Positions 11,103 through 22,620 of a stretch of DNA of 55,361 bases are shown piece by piece. The DNA comes from Spongospora subterranea f. sp. subterranea. Lineage: Eukaryota. A program made the position numbers and the translations under genes. Each line of letters opens with the position of its first letter. Position 1 is the stretch's first letter. Under the pieces are notes generated by a model. That model saw only the letters and a program-made list of their open reading frames with translations, was not told the origin of the DNA and did not search any database. The stretch spans positions 62,001 to 117,361 of the forward strand of contig JAUGWO010000005.1 of the NCBI GenBank assembly GCA_049724395.1. The letters are read 5' to 3'.

Positions 11103-14047
11103 CAGTAAATTTTTTTGATAAGCATTCTCATGATAAGGCCCGAACCCCGAAAAAAAGGGTTTAAGACCCCAAAGGCCGATTTTTGACCAGAAAAACAGGG
11201 TCTTATCACAAAAACTGACCAAAACGCGGGCAGATAGGGGTCTTATCACAAAAACTGATTAAATTTGTGCTGGGAGCTCTTGTACCAACGTCAGTCGTCA
11301 ATCAGAATTCTATTAATAAAATCTCCGGATTCCGAAATCCAGTCGTCCCTCAAAACCCGACAACAGTTGAATATTGGTCATACCTTTCAATGTCAGGATC
11401 CATTGTAGCTGCAATCCGGGATTTGGCAGATTTGCATGCCAACGGACTCATCACTGCTGAAGAGTTCCAAACTCTCAAGACAATCTCGATTGAGAAGCTG
11501 TCTGCAGCAATGCTACCTAGCAATGCCTCAAATTTATCGGCAGAAAATGGGGTCGCCGTAACTGTCTCGTCAGGTTAAATAATTCTGGTCATTGGCAATC
11601 CGGGTACCCGTTTGACTTACATTTTAGTGCATCATGATGTAATTTCACACAATTACAGCAAAGCGGAAGCTGAAAGTTCACCAGCAGTACCTTCAGGTGC
11701 GCACAGTATATTTTCGTCAGGCAAAATGAATAACATTCCTTTTCTCAAAGGTTGCAGTAAAACCTCGTAAGCCTCTTCTGCAGCAGACAAGTTTGCACGC
11801 CTTCTTTGGCCCATCAATTTTGACAGCGAAAGCCAGTGGCCAACAGTTTGTCTCTAAAAACTGCCCTCGTTTCGCTCGAGATAGACATCAGTGTACTGAC
11901 TGCAACAAATCCTTTCAAATGGCTCAAGCGCTGATTGCACATCGAAAAACGCACTCTATAATGCAAGGTTGAGGAATTTTGATAATGATGATTATCCCTT
12001 GTCAACGAACATGTTTTGGAATTTGTTAGATTATGAAGGTGAGGTCCCGATTAGGAAAAACGTCAGCAGAGGTCAAGAACGCCGCCGTCGGTACAGTTAC
12101 GGGATGAAGTCTGAAATTTTAGAGAATATAGAGATTCTCCAAAAAGAGATGTCTTCACGGGCTGAGGCAGTACGCAGCGTGAGTAATTCCTCAGGGATTT
12201 CCAGTGATGTTTTGACGAAGTGGGTCAAGTCTGCTTCTGAAATCAGAAACATTGCGAGCTGCTCCTCTAATTCACGTAAACGAGGGCTATTCAATCGTCC
12301 TTGGCTCATTCATCTCAGAAGGTTAGAGGAAGAGTTGGGACGCGAGGTGCGACAACGTCGTCTTAATGGCCTAAAAGCCAATAAAACCTGGATCATATCC
12401 CGTGCTCGCCAACTGAGGAAAATACGTACTCTGATTCCCGATCAACATGTTGATCATATTCAGCTTTCTCGTTCCTGGTATTATTCTGGGTTTCTCCTCC
12501 GACAAGGGTTCTCGATCCGTCGATGGAGCAATCACAAGAAATTGGCAGCATCGCAAAGCAGTCCCGCGATTTTCAAGTTTCATCAGAATTTGTTTTCGCA
12601 ATTTTCTCAGTCTCCGACCGTTGACACCAAGTATGGGTTTCACAAGCCATCCTTGGTATTCAACTTTGACCAGGTGCTCGAGCACATAATGCGAGAACCA
12701 GCTATTAACTCGTGTCTCCTAGGTCCCATTGCCTTTCATCTGTGAAGGTGATAAAAGAACAGTAGACAATAAGGGTGCTGAGCGTGTTTGGGTTCGGCAG
12801 CCACGTTCGGGTTATGAAAAACGGCAATGCACCTTGCATCTGACTCTTTGTGCGGATTCTCAAGCGCTGCAACCAAAGCCTATAATAATCTTTCGAGGTG
12901 CCGGGACCATGATTATGAATTCGAGCGAAACCAGTGATTGGGTGCTTTATCGCATTTTCAGATTAAATGTGGAAATTAATGTGATTTATTGTTTTCTTTA
13001 GGATCCTCGCGTAAGTGTCCTGTTTCAGGCAAACGCGTGGGTAGACGGGCATACAGCAATCAATATCGCGAAATTATATCTACAAGACCCTGTTTTCCAA
13101 CAGGATCGTGCAGAAAGCCGCCTATTTCTGTGTGATAACCTAGATGCACATCAAAACTCTGATTTCTGCAGTTCAATGGAGAAGTTGGGCAAATTAATGT
13201 ACTTCCCTCCAAACGTTTCAGATATGATTCAACCAAGTACATTTGTAAATTACTCATTTGTAAACAGTAATATGACCTAAATACTGTAGTCGATGCTGGA
13301 GCTGGACGGATGATGAAGTATCATGTCGCTCTTCAACTCGACAAAGAACTTGAAAACCCCGCTTTTCTATCCAAGTGGACTGATGGGAAATTCAGGGCTA
13401 GAGAGCGTCGTATCCTAATTACGAAGTGGGTTGGGAACGCCTTTGACGAAATAATCAAGCTTGGTCGCGTTCATCGATACTTCGAGAAAACAGGCTGCCT
13501 TTTAAGAATCGATGGCCAGCCTAATCGAATCAACATACAGGGTCTACCTGAATATCGGTTTGAACCGCAACCCAAATTTATCATCAATCTTTCATCAGAG
13601 GACGATGTGTCTGGTTCTGAGAGCAGTTTTACGGATGATGAGTCAAATTTTTCTGAAGGAGACGATTCGGATGTCGAGTTAGTTAACGGTAACTCGTTTC
13701 CTCTCACAGCGACCCAGCTGAGGAAAAGAGTGTTATTATCCTGAAACTCAACGAGGAGCCATGGGTACGTGGTATCATATGTCCTGACCGGGCAGCAGTA
13801 CACATGAGGTTCCACAAGATTGTATTGTGGTTCTAATCAAAGAGATTTTGGATCCACAGGAATCGCTGGGAACAGATAATTTTGAAGAACAAATTGGTAT
13901 TGGGTCCTATTCATACTTTAAAAAATCGCAAGTAAAAATTCTCAAATAATTCCAAATGATAAGGCATTTTGGCATGAAACTGTTCTTGAATGATAAGGCC
14001 CCAAACCCCGATTCAAGGCCGTGGGGCCTTATCAAAAAAATTTACTG
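11103..14047 (+). mobile_element. Complete pogo/Tigger-like (IS630-Tc1-mariner) DNA transposon, 2945 bp
   Basis: Perfect 20-bp TIRs CAGTAAATTTTTTTGATAAG (11103-11122) and CTTATCAAAAAAATTTACTG (14028-14047); TA on both sides (11101-11102, 14048-14049); subterminal TGATAAG/CTTATCA motifs; internal spliced transposase. Confidence 0.95.
11390..13744 (+). CDS. pogo-type DD34D transposase, 7 exons, 671 aa: SHOCT-like N-terminus, PIP-box, C2H2 zinc finger, two HTH domains, DDE_1 domain
   Basis: Exons 11390-11573, 11628-11696, 11758-11967, 12030-12673, 12723-12941, 13002-13236 and 13290-13744; all introns GT-AG, 49-62 bp, phases consistent, total 2016 nt. Catalytic NFDQ, LCDNLDAH and QPIDAG; CENPB-type HTH LEEEL...RRLNG...SRSWY..GFL.R. 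Confidence 0.88.
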
Positions 14048-14463
14048 TATACTGTCGCACACGCACTTTTTGTTTGTCCCGAATAAATGTCGCATACAGT
14101 GCGGGCCTTCTTAACTCATCAACTTTCCGCAGGAGGCCACGGAGTTTTCAATTAGTATAGATCGATAGATCTTGCCAAGATTTCTACAGTAGATTTTTCC
14201 AGTTCCCGCTGACATTTTACGCACTAAAGTCGAGAGAAAATAAATTCCAAATCGTTTTTTTTTTCAATTGACACATAATATCAACAAATCGACATTTTTT
14301 TCGAAATGTCACACCATAGCAACACATCGATGATGTTTTTTTGACACGCTATTGCAACACATCAATGAGTTTTGTCACATAATGGAGAACTCATCTCGGC
14401 AAAAATCTTGTGTGGATAGTGATTGCGGGGTCTACGGTATAACCCATTCTTTGTGATATCATC

Positions 14464-17400
14464 ATGACAGGAACAGGTATTGCAGAGATTGTGATGATGA
14501 TGATGATAATGAGGTCAGGGGTCTCAATGGCTGTCCAAACATCACAAGATGTCCTACATACTGCATTAGAAAACGGGTCCATATCGAGTAATTTTGTTGA
14601 GTTATGCTGTAAACGACTAATCGGATTATCTAGAGATGAAATAGCTGAGAAATTGGCTTATGAGATTGAGGGGGAGTTCATTAATCGCCCCTATACTGTT
14701 CCACTCAACGATATCATGTGGAGACATTTGAACGGAATGGTTTGAACATTATAGGAAGACTGATACAATATTACACTTATCAAAAACATTACAGGATAGG
14801 TCATTGACGCTTTGCACCACAACTATCAATATGGCACTTTATTACAACCGGTACACTAAAGGTGATAATTCTCTGTTTTCCAGGTCTTTGAACGTCAATA
14901 GGGAAAATGTCGCCAGCATTATAATAGACAGAGGGGCCAATTTATTGTTAACGGATCAATATGGGAATACTCCATTGCACATCGCCGCTTTTCGGGGCCT
15001 GTATTATATTCCCCATCACATGGTATCACATCTTATCTCAACCGTTTATAGAAATAACGCCGTCATCAAGATCTTAATGATGACACCACAAGTTATTGAT
15101 ATCAAAAACTCGGCTGGTGATACCCCACTAAACATGGCAATTCTTTATCATCAGTTGGTCGCATATACTGTTTGATTTTGATCTCCTGTCAATGATTTCT
15201 ACCGATTTATAGGAACCTAATTGTCAAGAGTCTGTTGGACAGAGGGGCCGATCCCATCATTACTGACAGACATAGCAATACGCCATTGCACATTGCATTA
15301 AAGATTCACCTGTAAACTGCTCTAATCTGTTTATTTGTATGTCGAACACATCAAATTGAGGTCTCACAGGAGTGAAGGGATCATTTTAAATATAATTGAT
15401 GCGATGGGGCGAAAAACGGTCGATATTCTTAACCAGAATGGGATGACGGACCCTTCTGTGTCTTCAAGTGGCAAAATATTTCATAATGACCTGTATAGTG
15501 TTAACCGGTCTGTCGAAGTCATTTAAATCGCTGATTTGATCTCCAAGGAGTCCATGTGCCCATCATGGCGCGACATCGGAAATAATCAATCTCAAAAACG
15601 ATTTTGGAGAAACTGCTCTCTTTGATGCCCTTATTGGTTTCCGGTTGGTCAAGATCTATTGTTTGATCTTATTTGCGCCATCAAATTTAACTTTCCTTTT
15701 CCCCAGTTGTCATATCTTTCAAATTCTGTTGGACAAAGGGGCCGATCCATCTATAATGAACAATTATGGGAACACCCCATTTCACATTAGAATGCCGTCT
15801 GCATGGTATATCGCCCACATCTCACCCAATATCAAAGTTGGTACTAATGTGCTCACAGGACAAATGAAATCATTCTCTCATGCATACAACATATTACTGT
15901 CAACCACCGGAACAACAAAGGGTCCACACTGCTCCATACGGCTATATTGTATAAACGGTTGGTCGTAATTTTGTTCTTTGACACAGTTCTGCGCCTCAGA
16001 AAACTTTTCATTTAGAGGAGTTGTTGTCGAAAATCTGTTGAGCAGAGGGGCCGATCCCTCTATAACGGATAATAACGGGAACACCCCATTTCATTTCGAT
16101 ATGCCATCTGAATTGTAATTGCACCAAATCTCACCAATCAGCAAAGTTTTTACTAATGTAATGTGGTCACAGGACAGACGAAATCATTCTCTCATGCATA
16201 CAACGTATGAATTTCAGCGACCGGAACAACAATGGAGCAACACTCCTCCAAACTGCTATATACTGTAAACGGTTGGTCGTAATTTTGTTCCTTGACACAG
16301 ATCAGCGCCAAAAACAAACTGTTGATTTTAGGGAGGTTGTGGTCAAAGGTTTGTTGGATAGAGGGGCCAATCCCATCATTGCTGATCACAAAGGCCTTAC
16401 AGCACTGCACCTCGCAATTGACCATGGCCTGTATACTGCACTGATATTTCAATATACCATGAATTCTGATTGAAGTTTCACAGAAGTCAGCAGATCATCA
16501 TTCATATCATTCATGCGTGGAGGCCAAAACCATCTGACCTTCTGCTACAAAGTGGCATCACGGAACGCTTTTATGCGAGTATAATTCACAAATTGATTGA
16601 TCGTGGCCTGTATATTGCTTCAATGTAAATCCAGCACATTTAAGTGGCTGATTTGATCCTACAGAAACAAAGACGTCGTTATTGAAGTACTTAATCTGTC
16701 ATGCGGAATAATCAATCTGCGGGCCCACGATGGGCGAACTGCTCTTTTTATGGCAGCTGGGCGTAGGTTGGTCAAATTCACTGTCTAGGTCTCATCAGCT
16801 CTTTCAGCTTTTTTCTTATCTACAGTGCTGGTACCGCCCAAATTCTGTTGGAGAACGGTGCCGATCCCACCATTACGGATAAATGTCACCGATGGCCATT
16901 TCAGGGCTCATACAAGTAAATTGATGCAATTGCACAAAATATTCAAATATTCCCTGAAGTGATGACAGGACCGACGAAGTCTTCATCTCAATGATACAAA
17001 ACGTTGATGTCAACCACCGATACATTGATGGGTCCACAATTCTCCATCTTGCTATTAGGCTTCGTCGGTTGGGCGTGATTTGTTTTGGACAATGAACTGC
17101 CCTTCAATTCAACTGATTTGTAAGGGATGTGGTGGTCAAGTATCTGTTGGATAAAGGCGCCGATCCGACTATTGCTGACAATTCTGGAAATACAGCACTG
17201 CATCGTGCAATATTCAGTAATGTGTATGCTGTTCAATTGCTAATATTCTTGTATCTGATTGGAATCTCACAGAAATCAGCAAATAATCATTCAGATACTT
17301 GATGCGGCGCGGCATAAAGCGGTCGATAATCTGGGCCAGGAAGGAATTACCCAAATTTCTGGGTTCTTGAATGGAAAAGTGAATCATGATGATCGGTATC

Positions 17401-18528
17401 TCTTCAAATGTGGGCTCATTCAAGTCACTGAATTTAACTCACAGGCAGATTGGCGCCTGCGAAATAATCAATCTGAGGAACCACAAGGGTCAAACTGCTC
17501 TCTTATTAGCCATTAGTTTTTCAAGGTTGGCAAAGTTTACTATCTGGATCTGAAATGTCAATAATGGGGTTTTGTCGCAGTCACCAAATCGCCCAACTGT
17601 TGTGTGAAAGAGGTGCTGACCCGCACTTAGCGGATAATGATGGGAACACACCCTTGCATTTCGATATGCCTGGATTCATGTAAATTGCTCAATCTTCAAA
17701 ATATTCAAACATGATTTGAAGTGCTCACAGGACAGACGAATTTATCATTTCAACCATCAAAAACATGGATATCAACTGCCACAACAATGATGGAGACACT
17801 CTTCTCCATAAAGCTGCTATATATAATCGGTTGGTCGTAATTCGTATTTGACACTGATCATCATCTCAATAACAATGATTTGTTAGGGAAAACGTTATCA
17901 AGGGTCTGTTGGATAGAGGCGCCAATCCCATGGCTCGTAACTATTACAAGAAGACGGTTCTGCACCTTGCAGTATTGCATAACCTGTACACTGATCGAGT
18001 TTCGATATATTGTCAAATAATCTGAATTATATCTCACAGAAGTGAGCAGATCGTAATCGATATAATTGAAGCAAAAGCTCTTCGTCAAGTGTATCAGGAT
18101 AACCTGACGGGACAGCTCGGGTTCTTTGGTGGATTGCTGAGTCTTTGTGGCCTGTCCATGTTCGCACATTTGTCTAAAACATCGAAATCGCTGAATGGAT
18201 CTCACAGGAATCTGCAAGACATTTTCTGTGGCACGTGGGACAAACAACTACTCAACATCCAAACCTTGTGTGGCCAAACTGCTCTGCATTTGGCAGTTTC
18301 GCAACAGCGGTTGGGCAAATCACGCCTGATCAGCCACCTTTTATTGTTTGACTAATCTGACTAAATTTCAGGGTCGACCTGGTTCGGGTTCTTTTGAATA
18401 GAGGCGCCTGCCGCACCTTCAAGGCTTATGGCAAAACAGCGCTGGAGTTGGCAATGAGAAAGAAAGAGACAAACAGTACACCAGTCGCCGCCACAATTGT
18501 TGACCTTTTTCGAAAACAGTGGCCTTGA
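14464..18528 (+). CDS. Multi-exon ankyrin-repeat protein with signal-peptide-like N-terminus (copy A; intactness not fully checked)
   Basis: Many ankyrin motifs (DRGANLLLTDQYGNTPLHIAA, NSAGDTPLNMA, LLDKGADPSIMNNYGNTPFH, DHKGLTALHLAI, GQTALHLAV); hydrophobic start MTGTGIAEIVMMMMIMRSGVSMA; last exon ends ...IVDLFRKQWP* at 18528. Confidence 0.8.
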
Positions 18529-18889
18529 AGTGCATTGTATAAAACGGCTGCTCTTTAGGCAGATTTCACTCGGTCCACGTATTGACCCAACCATTCTTTA
18601 ACAAACGATATTATGAGTACCGTTATTAATGGCAAGTCTCTGTACATCGTAATGTATTGAACCATTGAAGGCTACACAATAATATCGATCAGTACTGTGT
18701 AGAATCATACAAACGACAAACATACTCTCGCTATGACAGTATCTGTAAACCGCAAATCGATAACGCCGCTTCGGACATTGTATGCTGATCCCAGCTGCTT
18801 CATGAACTTGGTCATGGCGTCTTTGTCCTTGCCAAAAGGCTCTTCACAGCATTTTTCAACTACGTCCCGAACCCTAATTTGGGACCGTA

Positions 18890-21800
18890 ATGACCCCTCA
18901 ACCACGGATCAGTTTGGCAAAAATCTCAGAGACTTGGGAACCTATAAAAAACATGTTGGAAGACGTACCAGCTATGACAGAGCGGTGGCTGAAGGCTGCG
19001 AAAACGAGAACCGCGCGCGACCTGGGGATTCCCGTTCAAGGCTTCAAGCGGATGGGGAAGTGTAATCCGTCCGTGTGAGGATTATGATCATTGCCCGCAG
19101 CAGGACATCGAAGAGTCGAGGCGACATTAGAAGCCGTGAAAGCAAGGTTCTGGTGGAAAAACATGAGAAACGATATCCTGAAATTTGCACGGGAGAAAGA
19201 CGAACGACGCACAACGAAAGAATCAATGCGACCAGTTTGCTACTGTCGATTGAACCGAAGCTATTACAAGTCATCTGCGAATTACGTATTCGAGATGTAC
19301 CAGAAGACCAAGTGACTGACGATCACCTTGAGCTCTATCTGAAGAAGCTTCTGAAGCCTAAAGATGCTGTTTATGACATTGAGCAGATCGTTAGGGAGCA
19401 GCTGAAGTACGATATATCCATATCTGATGCCGATGCAAGACTGATGAAGTTGTTTATGGATTTCAATGAGATCGTCGAGAAGGAGGGTTTAGCCGAAATG
19501 TTCAAGGATGAACCCGGGATGAAAATGAAAGCTAAGCTAATTATCGAAGCTCTGCGGCCTGAGGCGGTGCGAAGGATGGCGCTGAAGTTCAACCATCGAA
19601 AAGCTCGCAAAGACTGCCGAGAGTTGTTCGACGTACTTCTAAGAATCGTTACAAACCAGGACGAGGTTCATCGGGCATCGCATCCACACGGTGGCGAACG
19701 CCACATAAAAGGGGATCAGGAGAAACAGGACAAGAAGTCTAACGGTCACGAGTCCACTAGGGTGATTAACAGAGGGGCTTCAAACAATGTCACGAGCAAG
19801 TACTGGAAGGATTCATGGAAGCCAAGGACAGAGAAGCCTACTGATGGATGTCTGAAATGTGGAGGGGCCCACTGGCTTTCTGAATGCCAGCAGAGAATCA
19901 CCAAGGAAGAGCGGGAAAAGTTAATCGCCGAATTCAAGAACAAGAAGGCGTTGGGCAAAGTGGAGACTCGAGCGGAGAAGTTACGCGTCGAGAAGAGGAA
20001 GAAACAGTCGGGGTTTTGGACAAGGGTGCCAGTATCCAACTCAACTTGATAGTGGGGAGGATCATACATATATTCCAGGGTCGTTGCTGAAGGAGATTCA
20101 AAGCAAGAACCCTAAAGTGTAGCTCGTCCATCAAGTGATCAAGGTTCAGTTCGCGGCGAAAAGGGCCAGCTGTGATGGAATTGCGCCGATTGTCAGGGGA
20201 TTCGTTGATATCCCTGTCACTATCGGGACGGCGGTTGGAGACATCACACTGCCACTAGTGCGATGCTGGGTTATGGATGCAGAGATGGAAACTGTTTTAA
20301 TTGAAAGGCCGGTGCTTACCTGTCTGGGGATCGATCCGACGACAGCGCTTGAGAAATTGATCCGACATCAAACTGAGGATAGCGAAGCTGAAAGCTACGC
20401 CGCCGCAAAGATATTAATTGCAGCAGATGACGATATGAAGGCTGACCACACTGGCGAAGGCTCAGAGGATCTCGAGGATGCGAAGCGAGAGATGATTAGA
20501 CGGACCGGTGGGAATGGTGCCGATGACGCGACGATGGAAGCCCTGAAGGCAATCATTGATCAAGTTCCCGATCTGTTTCGAGTTCGTTTGGGAGCCGACC
20601 CTCCGGCCAATGTCCGACCGATAAGAATCCATCTTAAGGAAGGGTCACGGCCGCGAAGATGCAAGCCGAGACGACACCCTCTTAGGTACTCTGACTTTCT
20701 ACGTGAATTTGTGAAGGAACTGGAAACTAACGGTTATGTTTATAGAAACATCCGATCAAGATACACCTCATCAGTGCTGTTAGTCCCGAAACCTAACAAT
20801 CGTGGATACCGAATGACGGTGGACCTCCGAGGAATCAATGCAGACACCGAACCTGTAGCCTGGCCGATGTCGTCACTGGAAATCGTGATGGGGCGACTAT
20901 AGCCGGGGCCAGTTACTTCGCAACGCTGGACGCTTACAAAGGGTATCGGCAGTTCCCTCTTGCAGAAGAATCACAGGAGCTACTGTCATTTATGACTGAT
21001 GAAGACGTCTACACACCGACTAGAGTGGTTCAGGGAGCCACAGATGCTGTCGCATGCTTCCAAGCGGGGATGCAGGAGGCACTTGGTGTCTATCTTCATA
21101 AGAACACCCTGTTGTGGATCGATGATTTGTTAATTTTTGCACCTACTGTTCAAGAGTCGCTTGAAAATTTACGTCTGGTGTTTAAGCGTTTGGACTTATT
21201 CGGGATAAAGTTGAATGCACGTCGCTGTGATTAATTTAACCGGGAAGTCCATTGGTGTGGGAGAATTATCTCTGGTACAGGCATTCGATTCGACCCGACC
21301 CTACGCTGGTTGAATCATTGAAAAATATGGAGGAGCCGCAGAACGATGGAGAACTGCAGCAGTTTATCTGTGCATTAGGATGGCTCCGGTCGCCATTCCT
21401 GAGTTCACGAAGCATATCCATTTCTTACAAGAAGCGAAAAATGAAGCTATTGAAGATCGCTTGGTCTAGTAAGAGGAATGTGATGAACAAGGTAAAACTA
21501 TCGGAGATAGGATGGGATGAGCAGCATCGACACAGCTTCCAACACGCAAAAGAGGTTGTGGCCAACGTTGTGGAGCTGGCACATCCAGATGCCGACAAAC
21601 CGTTCTGTTTATTTACTGACGCTAGCGACCAACATTGGGCCGTCGTGCTGACACAAGTGCCAGAAGAGGATATTGGCCTGGAGGATATTAGTTAACAGCG
21701 ACATGCGACATTGGTTTTTCTTAGCGGAAGGGGCGTCCCTCCTATGGTCGACGATTGAGAAAGAGGCATTCCCAATCATCGAGGCGGTTGGGCGTTTAAG

Positions 21801-22500
21801 ACATTTTCTGTTAAGAGAGAAAGGATTCGTGATATTCACGGATCATCGAAACCTAGTGTATATCTTGGACCCGTCGGAAAGGGCAAGCGAGAAGGGAAGG
21901 CACCTTTGCGACAGGCTCGAGCGGTGGGCCACCAAACTTTTAGCTTACAAGTATAGCATTCGTCATATTTCAGGATCTGACAACGTATGGGCTGATCTAC
22001 TAACGCGATGGGCACAACATGCAGAGATGGAAGGCCGAGCCGCTGCTATTGAAGATGTTTCAATCAATCAAAGGGTTCGACCTTTGCATGTGACTACGTT
22101 TGTCTGGCCCGATCTGGGCGAAATTATGGCGATTCAGAACGTGTACAAGGAGCATATTTTCAGCGATACCATGAAAGACGGTGTACATGCCGATAATAAC
22201 GATGTCTTCAAGACCGCGAAAGGGAAGATTTGGATTCCATCAGAAGAGTTGGCAGTGAGGATTATGATCATTGCCCACAGCAGCAGCGCAGGACATCGAA
22301 GAGTCGAGGCGACATTGCCGTGAAAGCAAGGTTCTGGTGGAAAAACATAAAAAACGATATCCTGAAATTTGTACGGGAGTGCTTACATTGTGAAGCGAAC
22401 AAAGGAACTGTGATACCGAGGCCATTTGGGGAAGCATTACATGCAGACCGACCTAATAAGCTGTTACATTACGATTTTCTTTTCATGGACAAGATGAAGG
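18890..22500 (+). mobile_element. Degenerate, rearranged Ty3/Gypsy retrotransposon (gag-zinc knuckle, protease, RT, RNase H, integrase N-terminus)
   Basis: CLKCGGAHWLSEC knuckle; YRMTVDLRGIN; LLWIDDLLIF; LFTDASDQHW; WSTIEKEAFPII; IFTDHRNLVY; NVWADLLTRW; HYDFLFM. Multiple stops and frameshifts. Confidence 0.9.
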
Positions 22501-22620
22501 CGAAGGGCGACACCCCCAATTTCAGCGAAGAAGTCTCAATAAAATGATGTTATGGGGATATTTCTGGCCACATCGTTCTCAACACAGTATCCATTGCACG
22601 TCTAACGTCATTGCCGTTTC

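Noticed and set aside
19075..20049. 324-aa ORF as a novel host gene
   Set aside because: Chimera of an out-of-frame integrase fragment and Gypsy gag.
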